Source of the DNA: Candidatus Harrisonbacteria bacterium
GTDB taxonomy: Bacteria > Patescibacteriota > Minisyncoccia > UBA6257 > 02-FULL-45-10c
Direction of reading: 5' to 3'
DNA: 64,000 nucleotides
Assembly: GCA_016214655.1 (NCBI GenBank)
Contig: JACROC010000005.1
Coordinates: 131,078 to 195,077 of the forward strand
Under the pieces are notes generated by a model. It did no database searches and had not been told where the DNA came from. It saw nothing but the letters and a program-made list of their open reading frames with translations. A program made the position numbers and the translations under genes. Shown here one piece after another: positions 18,265-28,364 of this stretch; the stretch's first letter is position 1, and each line of letters opens with the position of its first letter.

Positions 18265-19479
18265 CTATTCTTGCGCCTGATATTTTACCAAATAAACAAC
18301 TCCCGCTTTATCGTCGGAGATATAGATTTTTCCTCCGGGTTGGACTAAAATATCCACCGGCCGGCCGACTGCTGTCCCATCCGGGCGCAACCAGCCGGTA
18401 ATAAAATCTTCTTCGCCAAAATAAGCTTCCTGATTATCAAATTTATAACGCACAATCTTATAACCAGTCGGGACGCTGCGATTCCAAGATCCATGGTAAG
18501 CAACCAATAAATTGTGCCAATATTGCTGAGACCACCCCTCTTCTGGAATAAAAGCCAACCCCAATGGCGCCGAGTGCGCCGGAATATCTATATAAGATGC
18601 CGCCTCAAACGGCTCTGTACACGGGTTCCTAATATATACATTCCTATCAAACTCCGCGTCATGAACGTTTTTCCCGTAACAAATTGGCCAGCCGTAATTT
18701 TTCCCCTTTTCAATAATATTAATTTCATCCGGCGGCAAATCATCTCCCAATAGATCGCGTCCCATATCAGTTGCCCAAACCTTTCCGCTAACAGGATGCA
18801 AGGCCATAAATACCGAATTTCTGAGACCGGCCGCAAACCCCTTTAAATTGCCCCCATCCGCATCTGCAACCAAAATTTTTGCCCGCCGCCAATCACTTTC
18901 ATTGCACACATTACAGCCGGAACCGACAGAAATCAAAAGCTTATCATCGTTTGGCGGCGGTAAAAACATCAAAGTTCTGGTTACATGATTCCCGCCGCCC
19001 GGCAAATCGATAATTTTCCTTTTATTAATTGCTTTTAAGTCTTTATCATCGTAGTCATAAATTGCCACTTGGTCAGTTTCAGCGATATACAGCTTGCATT
19101 TTTCAGCGCATTTAAAAGCAAGCCCGTGCGGACGATTTAAATTTTCTATAACCGTTACAGCTTCATCCGCCAATCCATCTCTATTTTTATCAGGCAAAGC
19201 TACTACTTTCCCGGCCGAAGGAATGCTAACTAATAAATTTCCCCCTGGATCCCAAGCCATAACTCGCGGAGATTCCAAGTTTTGCGCAAAAACGGAAATA
19301 GAAAATCCGGGCGGCAATTGCAATGGCATACCGGTAGTATTAATAATTTTTGAAATATCCTCCGCCGGCTTATTAATAGCCGGGCCGATGCCGCGCAAAT
19401 TGCGCCAATAAAATATCCCAATCCAGACAACTAAAAACAATAAAATTATTCCAATTGCAATAAGAGAAAATCTTTTCAT
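18265..19479 (-). CDS. PQQ-dependent sugar (glucose/sorbosone) dehydrogenase-like beta-propeller
   Basis: Signal-anchor, GKNYGWPICYG motif, and repeated propeller blades. Confidence 0.75.
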   Translation of the reverse strand: MKRFSLIAIGIILLFLVVWIGIFYWRNLRGIGPAINKPAEDISKIINTTGMPLQLPPGFSISVFAQNLESPRVMAWDPGGNLLVSIPSAGKVVALPDKNRDGLADEAVTVIENLNRPHGLAFKCAEKCKLYIAETDQVAIYDYDDKDLKAINKRKIIDLPGGGNHVTRTLMFLPPPNDDKLLISVGSGCNVCNESDWRRAKILVADADGGNLKGFAAGLRNSVFMALHPVSGKVWATDMGRDLLGDDLPPDEINIIEKGKNYGWPICYGKNVHDAEFDRNVYIRNPCTEPFEAASYIDIPAHSAPLGLAFIPEEGWSQQYWHNLLVAYHGSWNRSVPTGYKIVRYKFDNQEAYFGEEDFITGWLRPDGTAVGRPVDILVQPGGKIYISDDKAGVVYLVKYQAQE

Positions 19480-19482
19480 GAT

Positions 19483-20082
19483 TTAACTTAGGTATTCATA
19501 AAACTCCGGCCAAGAATGAATTTTTTTATAAAAGTCTGTTTCCGGGAAAACCCGGTGGCGGTCAAATAAAAATCTATGCCTCACATCTGCCAATTTTTCC
19601 AATACCCGCCTTTCATCGTCTATATAATGAGTTACCCCGAATTCAGCGGCCTTAATATTTTTGTCTTCCGGCTCAACTACAAAAAAAGTATTTTTATCAT
19701 TGAAATATTCAGGCCATAAACCACGCTTTTCCAAAAGCTTCAGCGCTTGAACGGTGCTTTTTCTCCTGGAAATCAGCAGATAATCAATCTTATTTTTTTG
19801 GAAATTATTAAGCATGGATTTTGCGCCCCGCATTAAAGGAGACAAAAGCGATAATTTCGGATCTGAATATAACAAATGCTGCAATTCCCGCCAGCGCCCT
19901 TCAGGCAAAATCTTATTCATTACCTCGGTTGGAGTGTCTTTTGGCAACAAATTAAAACCCAATCTTTTCGCCAAACGGATTTTTAAATCAGTATGGTCAA
20001 CTAATACCCCATCCAAATCAAGCCCAATAACCATATTGATATTCCTCTTTGACATAAATGAATTTTGCCTTAATATTAACAA
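19483..20082 (-). CDS. HAD-superfamily phosphatase (5'-nucleotidase-like)
   Basis: The DLDGVLVD motif I follows the internal Met (MVIGLDLDG), so the true start is probably at that Met. Confidence 0.6.
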   Translation of the reverse strand: MLILRQNSFMSKRNINMVIGLDLDGVLVDHTDLKIRLAKRLGFNLLPKDTPTEVMNKILPEGRWRELQHLLYSDPKLSLLSPLMRGAKSMLNNFQKNKIDYLLISRRKSTVQALKLLEKRGLWPEYFNDKNTFFVVEPEDKNIKAAEFGVTHYIDDERRVLEKLADVRHRFLFDRHRVFPETDFYKKIHSWPEFYEYLS

Positions 20083-20110
20083 TAAATCAGCACCTTAACA
20101 AAACGGAAAT

Positions 20111-20830
20111 ATGGAGAGAGAAGCTGCCTTTGAAGAAAAGGCCAAGAGAATACTCGCATATCTGAAAACCGATCTCCGCTATGACGAAAAATTCCTGCCT
20201 CGGCCGTTTTTCCTGGAATTCACAGGGTCTCCTTCGGCCGGAAAAACCACTACCATTACCGAACTAGATAAATTTTTCCGGCGGCAAGGTTTCCGCGTGC
20301 TACGACCACAGGAAGGCGCTGAAGTTATCCGTCACATTTCCAGAACCACTCCGCTTTATAATATACGGACCGGCTTATATGCTCTGGAACTCTTAATTGA
20401 CCTGTCCAGCAGCCACCAGTATGACATTGTCATTTTCGACCGCGGAATATTCGATGTTTATTGCTGGATGATGTACTGGGAAGAAAAATTAAGGCTAGCT
20501 GGAAATCAAAAAAAATTAATCCAGTCATTTTTTCTGTCCCAGTTCTGGGTGGATAAAATCGATGTCGCCTATTTCATGATCGCCGATCCGAAAATCGCAA
20601 TGGAGCGCGAACTCCGCATTGCGCTTTCTAGCAAGCTAGGAGAAACCACCAATCCCAAAACTATTCAAACTCTGGTAGAAAGATACCGAATTGCCTATGA
20701 ACAGCTTTCGCCCCAATATCCTCAGCTCCACCTTCTGAATACCACCGAGATATCGGAACAAGAAATGATAGAACGGGTTGCTATCAATGTTTTGAATATC
20801 CTGGAACAAAAAGCAAAAAACAGCCGCTAG
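20111..20830 (+). CDS. P-loop NTPase / nucleoside(nucleotide)-kinase-like protein
   Basis: Walker A GSPSAGKTT and a Walker B-like IVIFDRG. Confidence 0.6.
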   Translation: MEREAAFEEKAKRILAYLKTDLRYDEKFLPRPFFLEFTGSPSAGKTTTITELDKFFRRQGFRVLRPQEGAEVIRHISRTTPLYNIRTGLYALELLIDLSSSHQYDIVIFDRGIFDVYCWMMYWEEKLRLAGNQKKLIQSFFLSQFWVDKIDVAYFMIADPKIAMERELRIALSSKLGETTNPKTIQTLVERYRIAYEQLSPQYPQLHLLNTTEISEQEMIERVAINVLNILEQKAKNSR

Positions 20831-20840
20831 GCTGTTTTTT
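20815..20840 (+). terminator. rho-independent terminator
   Basis: aaaaaaCAGCCgctaGGCTGtttttt, overlapping the stop codon. Confidence 0.6.
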
Positions 20841-20844
20841 AAAT

Positions 20845-21027
20845 CTATCTGGACTCTCGCCACAAGCCCCAGCCAAGAACCGCCGCCGCTAAAAAAGCGG
20901 CTGCGCTGGCCCAAAGCGGAATTTCCACGCCGCCGATTACCGCCTCCCAGCCATAAACTAAGCGCAGTCCATGTAATAAAGCGATAATTCCAAAAATAAC
21001 GGCAGTTAATTTTAAAAATGTTCTCAT
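20845..21027 (-). CDS. small 2-TM membrane protein
   Basis: 60-aa hydrophobic ORF. Confidence 0.4.
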   Translation of the reverse strand: MRTFLKLTAVIFGIIALLHGLRLVYGWEAVIGGVEIPLWASAAAFLAAAVLGWGLWRESR

Positions 21028-21105
21028 AATATATTAATTAGAAATCAATTTTCCGGCCTTTATTTAATTTTAACACTAATTTCTCTAATCCTGTTATTAA
21101 TATAA

Positions 21106-21948
21106 TCAAGACAGAATCACAAAAAGATAAGAAAGCAGGGCAGCCAAAAAATATAATAACAAACCGGCTGACCAGCGGGATGGAATAAAATTCTTAGCCA
21201 GGATATACAATGCGACAGTACTCATGGCAAAAGGTATAAAACCTATATAGCCGTAAACCGGCATCTCAAAAATATGCGGCGCATCCGGAAGAATAATATA
21301 TTGCCATTTCCCGCCAGCCCAATAATTTAAAAATTCCCAAAGAAAACCGCCGGTTAATCCGGTAGCTACCGCCAGCCACCAAAAATCTTTGTTGATAGAT
21401 TCCCTTGGGCCGCTGACAAACGGCAACAGCATAAAAAGAGGCCCTAACCACATCAGCTGATTCAAATAAAAATTGTTGCTGAAAAGCGGCAGAACTAAAA
21501 AAATCCATCCGATGGACATAAAGACAACCGGATATCTTTTTATTAAACTCAAATTTTTCTCGGAAAACGGCAACCGTTCCACCGGACCGTTTAAAAACCA
21601 AAGAATCTCTACGATAATCGGTATCACTGTTCCAAATGATAAAATCGAAAGCGGAACCCGGATCCAAATTCCGGAAATTATCCCCGCATAACCCCATTGC
21701 GGATATACAACATTGACTAATTCATAATAAAGCCAAAAAAGCGTGGATAACGGTAAAAGAATTAAAAAGAATTTTTTTGTTTGATTATGAATAATAGATT
21801 GCTTCCACTTCCAGAAATTAAGCGCATCAATAATAAAAATAATCCCCCACCAAAGGATGGGGTACACTACCGCCGAAATCACGCCGAAAGAAAATAACAA
21901 AACTGCAACGCCAAAAGTAACTAGAATCAAACCGGCTAGAAATTCCAT
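21106..21948 (-). CDS. polytopic membrane protein
   Basis: 280 aa with about 8 TM helices and no recognised motif. Confidence 0.5.
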   Translation of the reverse strand: MEFLAGLILVTFGVAVLLFSFGVISAVVYPILWWGIIFIIDALNFWKWKQSIIHNQTKKFFLILLPLSTLFWLYYELVNVVYPQWGYAGIISGIWIRVPLSILSFGTVIPIIVEILWFLNGPVERLPFSEKNLSLIKRYPVVFMSIGWIFLVLPLFSNNFYLNQLMWLGPLFMLLPFVSGPRESINKDFWWLAVATGLTGGFLWEFLNYWAGGKWQYIILPDAPHIFEMPVYGYIGFIPFAMSTVALYILAKNFIPSRWSAGLLLYFLAALLSYLFVILS

Positions 21949-21958
21949 CTTAATTTAA

Positions 21959-23347
21959 TTATACCCCAAATTTATTTTTATCTTCCCGGTTATAAAGCAA
22001 AGCCCAATCCTGCGAAGCATTTCGCAAAAAATCGCCTAATTTTAAGCTGGACGGCTTTTCAAAATCTTCTTTACTGATAGTATGTAATTCAATGTTACGG
22101 AAAGGATAAGATGAAGAAGGGCCTAAATAACTGCCAATCGCATCATGAATTAACTTTTCCTCCTGGCCATGCGGACCTTTTAAAAACCCATTTAAAGATT
22201 GCAATAAATCCCATCTAGTTTCTACCACTGCCAAAATATCAATATCCGATTGCAATTGCTTATAGCCGCGCGGGATACTCCCATAAAAATAAACTTTAAC
22301 CAGACTCCGGCCAAAAGAAGATTTTAACTTTTCCAGGATGGAATGCAAATCTTTATCCACCTCCGGATCCACCAATATTTCTGAACCTAAATTTATATCT
22401 TCTTGTCTTTGGATTTTCACTCCGCCAGCCCACCTGGTTGGCCGGCCGCTGGCCAAATCTTCCATCACCCTCCTTTCATTAAGCTTTTGCGGTAATTGTA
22501 AAACCACCTTCCCGTCCGCCAGCGATAATTCTTTCGGGACCTCTTCAGCTGGCGCCTGCTCCAAGACTTTCAGTAGCGACTCCGGATTCTCCCGTAAAAT
22601 TTCTTCAAAGATGGGGAGATTCTCCAGTAAAATTGTCCTGCTGATAATTCTTAATAAATTGCCGTCCTGATATTCACCGGCAACAAAAATCGTCTCATTA
22701 TTTCTATCGCGCGACTGGACTTTAATAAAAGAAACTAATCTGGAAGGATCTTTTTTAGAGACTACAATGCCATGCGTGACATAATCAATAGATTTTTCTC
22801 CAAACTCCGGCTGGGCATCTTCCCGGAAAACAGTCTCAATAATCGGATCTTTCTGGCCAACATTTAAATAGTTATATTGCTTATGTTCTTCTCCTTTGAG
22901 ATTAGATCCGGTTACAATCCGCGAAAGCCACACTTCCCGCTTCTCCTTAACTAAATCCGAAAACTGGGACTTCTGCCTAATCTGAAGATTTTTAACATCA
23001 AAGCCCGCATCGAATTCGGGCGGATTTCCTTCAGCCGCTCCCAGAAAAGAAAAAAATAAGTGCGGGGAATCGCCGCGATTGCTCTTAATAATCACGTATT
23101 CCCTTTGGGAAAGCGGGTTAATAAAAGACTTGCGATTAACTTTTCTGCCCACATACTGATACGGATGCCTTTCGGAACCTGTCTCCTGGGCCATTTCTGC
23201 CCTGGTAACCAATTGACGGGCTGGCAAAGCTTCATAAGGAATTTTAAAATCAGTGCCAGCTAAAACTTCCGGCATTAATTTTTTATTAAGCTTTTCCCAA
23301 AGATTCTCTTCGGGTGATTCTTTTATTAAAGTTTCTTCTTTAAACAT
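21959..23347 (-). CDS. protein with a C-terminal minimal nucleotidyltransferase (Pol-beta-like) domain
   Basis: VKVYFYGSIPRGYKQLQSDIDILAVV is the G[SG]-x(9-13)-DxD NTase signature. The ~340 N-terminal residues are unassigned. Confidence 0.6.
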   Translation of the reverse strand: MFKEETLIKESPEENLWEKLNKKLMPEVLAGTDFKIPYEALPARQLVTRAEMAQETGSERHPYQYVGRKVNRKSFINPLSQREYVIIKSNRGDSPHLFFSFLGAAEGNPPEFDAGFDVKNLQIRQKSQFSDLVKEKREVWLSRIVTGSNLKGEEHKQYNYLNVGQKDPIIETVFREDAQPEFGEKSIDYVTHGIVVSKKDPSRLVSFIKVQSRDRNNETIFVAGEYQDGNLLRIISRTILLENLPIFEEILRENPESLLKVLEQAPAEEVPKELSLADGKVVLQLPQKLNERRVMEDLASGRPTRWAGGVKIQRQEDINLGSEILVDPEVDKDLHSILEKLKSSFGRSLVKVYFYGSIPRGYKQLQSDIDILAVVETRWDLLQSLNGFLKGPHGQEEKLIHDAIGSYLGPSSSYPFRNIELHTISKEDFEKPSSLKLGDFLRNASQDWALLYNREDKNKFGV

Positions 23348-23350
23348 AAA

Positions 23351-26300
23351 TTAGCCGGCCGTTAATTTACGGAATATGGCTAAAATATCATCTCGCCTTT
23401 GCGATAGGGCTTTTTTTAAATAACCGGCCTCACCGCCCGCTTGTATTGCTTTAGAATAAGTATTAATAGCGGCCTCAGTTCTTATCCTGTCAGCGCCGGA
23501 CAAATCAGGCAGATCATTTTTTAAATCCCCGATTCTTTCCTGCAATGCCTTGATAGACCCTTCACCGTCCAAAAAACCCGCTTCGTCAATTACTGAATGA
23601 ATAAACGCGTCATCGATTTCCTCAAAACGCTTTAATATATTCTCTAATAACAATTTATTTTTTACAGTCACCTGGCCGTTTTTAATCTCAATTAAACTAT
23701 AGTATGCCTCGTTAACCGGTTTGCCCGCAAATTGCGGATTCGCTAAAATCTCTTCCAGCTGCTTAATGGTGAAATGCTCATCAAAGCCCTTATGTCCGCC
23801 CCGCGCCCGGGAAAAAAGACTGGCGCCATTATCAATAAAAGCTACTCCGCCATCCTTAGAAAATAGCAGGTTCCAGGGAGTCCGGTCGTATTGTCCAAGC
23901 AAGGCATCCACCAGCAGCCCCGCTTGAATTTTAGGATTGTTATGATGCTCTTCGGGCAAAGTAATCCCGCCCTCTCTCCAGCCTTCTAAAAATTCCATTT
24001 TTAATTTTAACTTTCTCTCTAAAGAAATCAATTCGGTTTTGGGAACCCTTATTCCAACTCGCTCCAAAAACCTCTGGCCGACAAAATCTGCCCGCACTGT
24101 ATGTTCCGGCCCGCCTTTTAAGAGAAATTTCCTTTTCTGGACATCCTCCCAAACTTGAATCATGTGCGTTCCGATATAATTGCCCCTCAACTCCTGAATA
24201 AAATGAAGGCCCTTAATCGGATTTTCCCGGTCATACTTAATCCGCATTTCCGGATTCAAACGCGGCGCAAAATTCCGAAAAGAAGAATGTTCCGCGGTCC
24301 AGGCTTTTAATTGCTCGTTAACTGCCCTGGGTTTTAATTCCGGCTGCAACTTCCCTTTTTCATCCAGTACTAACATTCTAGGCTTATCAATTGCTTTTGG
24401 CCGGTTCTCAAAACGTTCGATTGAATGAACTTGCTCACTGCTACCGCGTCGTTTTCTTGAGAGTTCTTTTCTCCCCATCATGGCGGAAGAAAATAATTTA
24501 ATTTTTTCATCAATAGCCTCGCGCGATAAAGATACTCCACCGGCTTCTGCCAATGATTTAATTGCGATTTCCGGCACCGATCCCCGAAAACCGGAATCCA
24601 CAAAGGTAAATTCCAAGGTCACGCCGTTTTGCTTTAAATATTCCGCGATAATTTTCATCTCTTGAATATCCTCGCGAGCCCTCTCTTTCATCGGACTGGT
24701 AATAACAACATACTTAATCTTTTTAGTTTTTAATCCCAATTCGCCGGCTTTAAGCGCGGTAAAAAAATAACGGCCGTCTCTTCCAAAAATAGCCAGCCGA
24801 TCCGCTCCAAAATTCTCCAGTTTTTCTTTGGCTTCCCAATAAAGCGGCACGTCTTCTTCTTCCAAAGTTTGGTATAAATTTAAATTTACCTGATATTGCC
24901 TGGCAATTTCCTGTAATCTTGCAAATGACGGTCCGGTAATCGGCAAAATATTTTCTCTTTCCCGCGAAAGCTGCAGATCGGTAAGATTATGAGAAAGATC
25001 ATTGGCAAGATACCAGCGGATTTTTTCTGCCAATAATTGCCGGAAGTCCGGTATTTGCCGGCTTTTTTCCAGAGATGGGTGATAAAGCATAAATGCCTTA
25101 GCGCTTTCCGGAAGCTTTGGCTCTTCCGCTATTCCCTTTTCCGAAATCTGGCCCTGCAATTCGCTTAACTGCCGGAAAAGCCCGATCATAAAACCGATTT
25201 CTTTCGGATCGGCAAGTTTTTCCGCCGAAACGCTTAAAAATTCTTTTAAGAATCCGATTTCAGCCACTGCGTCATTCGGACGATTTTCTAAATTCGCCAA
25301 ACTTAAAGCTCTGGCAAAAGCCAGCGCGGCCATACGATAGCCATCTTCAGAACTAATTTGTTCCGGAAGCTTAGTTTCCGCAAATTCTTTAGAAATGATT
25401 CCTGAAAGAAAATTTAAATAATCTTCCTGCTTCTCCTTGCCAGCGGCAGAAACCGTTGCCAAAAGCCCGGCTAAATAGGTATCACGATTTACCTCCGCCC
25501 CCTGTTCCGCCCTGGAAGTAAAACGGCCGTAAAAATTAAGAAATTTTCCTCTTTCCCATTCGCGTGACCGGGCGGCAAGGCCAAAACTAGATTCGGAAAA
25601 ACCAGTTGGCTCTTCTTTTTCCGGCATCCCTTGAATAACATCTCCGTGATAAATCTGCTCCGGTTCCAATTCCTGCCCCCAACTCCAATCGCTCTGTTCT
25701 ACAGACTTTTTCGGCTCTCCGGCCGCCACTGCTTTTTTATACTCTTCCTCTAAATTCTTTAATCTTTGCGCCTCTGCTTTTTCATTAAATTCATCAAATA
25801 CTAATTTGAGGGGGGCGTAATATGATTGTTCGCTAAATAAAGCCGCTTTTCTTTTTTCAAACCATCCGGAAAAAGTCTGATCTTCGTTAGCCAGCGTTTC
25901 TAAAATTTCTTTAGCCCCGTCTCCGAGAACTGACTTTAAGGCGCGGGCGGCTTCTCCTAAATCGCCGTCTAAAAATACTTTTCGTTTATATTCTTCCGAA
26001 GTGGCATTTTTTATAAAGCGGGTAATCGCTTCAGTGACAGCCGGATCTTTTTGGCTCGCAAAAAATTCTAAAATAACGTGCTGAGCGCTTCCATCCGCAC
26101 CAGCCCAGACAGTCTTATGATTCAATAATCCTCCAAGGGTAACCGGCGCATTTTTATATCCTAAAGATTTATAAATCCTAATATGTTCACACAGACTATA
26201 ATAACTAGCTTCACTGCCCTGGTCAGCGATTTTTTTAATTTTATCTTCAAAAAATGTTTCAAAAGCCGCTCCGCTTTTTTTCATTTCAAACCATAACCTT

Positions 26301-26536
26301 CGCGCCTCCAAAAGCTTTCCCGCGCCATATATATTGGAATGGCTCCAACTAGCCAAAAAACTATCAAAATTGCTTTGCTTCTCCAACTTTACCGATACAG
26401 GATAATGAAGAGAGTCGGCTACTAAAAATTCAAATTTTCCGATTTCTTCTGGAGACAATATCCCGGCTTCCAGTTTCTGCTTTTCAGATTTTTCTTTCTT
26501 GCCCGCTCTTTCTAAATTAAACGATCTGGTAGTCAT
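23351..26536 (-). CDS. 1061-aa multidomain protein: helical N-terminal half, HAD-like middle, protein/lipid-kinase-like C-terminus
   Basis: The C-terminus has FLLKGGPEHT, then DRTPWNLLFSKDGGVAFIDNGAS (a D-x4-N catalytic loop plus a DxG). The middle has IFGRDGRYF...FVDSGFRGS. Confidence 0.55.
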   Translation of the reverse strand: MTTRSFNLERAGKKEKSEKQKLEAGILSPEEIGKFEFLVADSLHYPVSVKLEKQSNFDSFLASWSHSNIYGAGKLLEARRLWFEMKKSGAAFETFFEDKIKKIADQGSEASYYSLCEHIRIYKSLGYKNAPVTLGGLLNHKTVWAGADGSAQHVILEFFASQKDPAVTEAITRFIKNATSEEYKRKVFLDGDLGEAARALKSVLGDGAKEILETLANEDQTFSGWFEKRKAALFSEQSYYAPLKLVFDEFNEKAEAQRLKNLEEEYKKAVAAGEPKKSVEQSDWSWGQELEPEQIYHGDVIQGMPEKEEPTGFSESSFGLAARSREWERGKFLNFYGRFTSRAEQGAEVNRDTYLAGLLATVSAAGKEKQEDYLNFLSGIISKEFAETKLPEQISSEDGYRMAALAFARALSLANLENRPNDAVAEIGFLKEFLSVSAEKLADPKEIGFMIGLFRQLSELQGQISEKGIAEEPKLPESAKAFMLYHPSLEKSRQIPDFRQLLAEKIRWYLANDLSHNLTDLQLSRERENILPITGPSFARLQEIARQYQVNLNLYQTLEEEDVPLYWEAKEKLENFGADRLAIFGRDGRYFFTALKAGELGLKTKKIKYVVITSPMKERAREDIQEMKIIAEYLKQNGVTLEFTFVDSGFRGSVPEIAIKSLAEAGGVSLSREAIDEKIKLFSSAMMGRKELSRKRRGSSEQVHSIERFENRPKAIDKPRMLVLDEKGKLQPELKPRAVNEQLKAWTAEHSSFRNFAPRLNPEMRIKYDRENPIKGLHFIQELRGNYIGTHMIQVWEDVQKRKFLLKGGPEHTVRADFVGQRFLERVGIRVPKTELISLERKLKLKMEFLEGWREGGITLPEEHHNNPKIQAGLLVDALLGQYDRTPWNLLFSKDGGVAFIDNGASLFSRARGGHKGFDEHFTIKQLEEILANPQFAGKPVNEAYYSLIEIKNGQVTVKNKLLLENILKRFEEIDDAFIHSVIDEAGFLDGEGSIKALQERIGDLKNDLPDLSGADRIRTEAAINTYSKAIQAGGEAGYLKKALSQRRDDILAIFRKLTAG

Positions 26537-26580
26537 TTTTTTATGATAATACCATAAATTTTATTAATTGGCAAATTTAT

Positions 26581-26901
26581 TTAGCTGATTTTAGTTCCGG
26601 GCAACACTTCTTTGTCCGGCATAAGTATAACCGGACCGCCTTCATCACTTGCCGCCAAAAGCATCCCCTGGCTTTCCAATCCCATCAGCATTCTTGATTC
26701 AAGATTGGCAACGATCACTATTTCCCTGCCAAGCAAAGATTCCGGTTCATAAACCCTGCCTACGCCGGCAATAATCTGCCTTTTTTCCTCGCCTAAATCA
26801 ACCTGCAATTTTAACAACTTATCCGAACCCTCAACCTGTTCTGCCCCCAATATTTTTGCCACCCTTAACTCTACTTTTTGAAAGTCTTCAAAATTAATCA
26901 T
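26581..26901 (-). CDS. tRNA-binding domain protein (CsaA/Trbp111/MetRS C-terminal type)
   Basis: FEDFQKVELRVAKIL...EKLLKLQVDLGEEKRQIIAG...LVANL pattern. Confidence 0.8.
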   Translation of the reverse strand: MINFEDFQKVELRVAKILGAEQVEGSDKLLKLQVDLGEEKRQIIAGVGRVYEPESLLGREIVIVANLESRMLMGLESQGMLLAASDEGGPVILMPDKEVLPGTKIS

Positions 26902-27262
26902 TATTAATTTTATAACAAAAAATTTGCCTTAATTCAAAAGTTAGAAAACTATATTCGCCTAACAAAAAACTTAATACGCATTAAAATTCATACCCTGTCA
27001 ATTAAACAAATTTGCTTTATAAGATAGTCAGCACTCCAAACTCAAATTAAGAGCAGGTCATGAAGCGCCTCTCCGGACTGAAAATAGCTTCATTCGGACC
27101 GACCGCAGAAGATAAACTGGAATTATAAAGCCCTTCGAGGCTTTTTATTTATGTCCTTAGATTATTAAGGCCTATTGCCAAAAATAATATACTGGCATAT
27201 AGTAATATGCTTGCTCGGGTAATACGGGCAAGCGTACGTTGACAAAACAAGGAGGCAACAAA

Positions 27263-28336
27263 ATGACGGAAAAGGAAAATATTGAGGTAGTTTTCTCATT
27301 TGATACCACCGGTTCAATGTATCCCTGCCTTAGCCAAGTAAGACAAAGAGTTGAATGGGCGGTCAGAAAACTTTTCAGCGAAGTTCCGAATATCCGTATC
27401 GGAATTATCGCCCATGGAGATTACTGCGATAAAAACAGCACATATGTCGTTAAAAAGCACAATCTTTCCAGAGATGCGGAAAGCCTTTGCAGATTTGTAA
27501 GAAACGTTGAGCCGACCGGTGGCGGCGACGCCCCCGAATGTTATGAGCTGGTGCTTCACGAAGCGCGGTCGCTTGACTGGACTCACGGTAAATCTAAAGT
27601 CGTAGTACTGATTGGCGACGATGTGCCCCATGGCCCGAATGAAGCCCAAAATTATAAAAAACTGGATTGGCGGAACGAAATCAATTTGCTCCTGGAAATG
27701 GGAGTAAATGTTTATGGCGTCCAAGCGCTTAACCGCTCTCATGCTACCCAATTCTATCGGGAAATCGCCCATAAAACTGGCGGCTATCATCTTACTCTTG
27801 ACCAATTTGCCAGCGTGACGGATATGCTTCTTGCGATCTGCTATAAGCAGGCCGGATCCGCGCAACTACAGGCATGGGAAAGCGAAGTTGAAAAAAGCGG
27901 CCGTATGAACCGCAATCTGGACAGCGTCTTTGCAACCCTCTCTGGACGAAAAGCCAAAACCCGCTATGCAAGAGCAAGAGACTTGGAAGCTGTGCCGCCT
28001 GGGCGATTTCAGGTCATGACCGTTGATGAAGACCAGGTTATTCGCGACCTCGTGGAAGATAATGGACTTCTTTTCCAAAAAGGACGAGGATTCTATGAAC
28101 TCACTAAGGCCGAAACAATCCAAGGATACAAAGAAGTTGTTCTTATGGATAACGCGACTGGCGATTTATACACCGGCGCCAAAGCGCGCCAAATGCTAAG
28201 TTTACCCGAAGGCGAGACGGCCAAAATAAGGCCAGTAGTGCCGGATGGATTCACTGCCTTTGTACAAAGCACTTCATATAATCGCCGGTTGGTCGGTGGA
28301 ACCAGATTCCTATACGAAGTTGATCTATCAAGATAG
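27263..28336 (+). CDS. von Willebrand factor A (vWA) domain protein with an unassigned C-terminal domain
   Basis: Start moved to the ATG preceded by AAGGAGG. MIDAS-like FSFDTTGSM, then the GGGDAPE and VVLIGDDVPH strand pattern. Confidence 0.65.
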   Translation: MTEKENIEVVFSFDTTGSMYPCLSQVRQRVEWAVRKLFSEVPNIRIGIIAHGDYCDKNSTYVVKKHNLSRDAESLCRFVRNVEPTGGGDAPECYELVLHEARSLDWTHGKSKVVVLIGDDVPHGPNEAQNYKKLDWRNEINLLLEMGVNVYGVQALNRSHATQFYREIAHKTGGYHLTLDQFASVTDMLLAICYKQAGSAQLQAWESEVEKSGRMNRNLDSVFATLSGRKAKTRYARARDLEAVPPGRFQVMTVDEDQVIRDLVEDNGLLFQKGRGFYELTKAETIQGYKEVVLMDNATGDLYTGAKARQMLSLPEGETAKIRPVVPDGFTAFVQSTSYNRRLVGGTRFLYEVDLSR

Positions 28337-28364
28337 AAAAATATTAGCTCGACTCTGTGTCGGG

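Noticed and set aside
21266-21697. 143-aa minus-strand ORF nested in the 280-aa membrane protein gene
   Set aside because: It is an alternative frame of a clearly hydrophobic polytopic protein gene, with no independent start signals. The many other nested or antisense track ORFs, for example those inside copA, secA, mrdA, murA and rseP, were rejected for the same reason.
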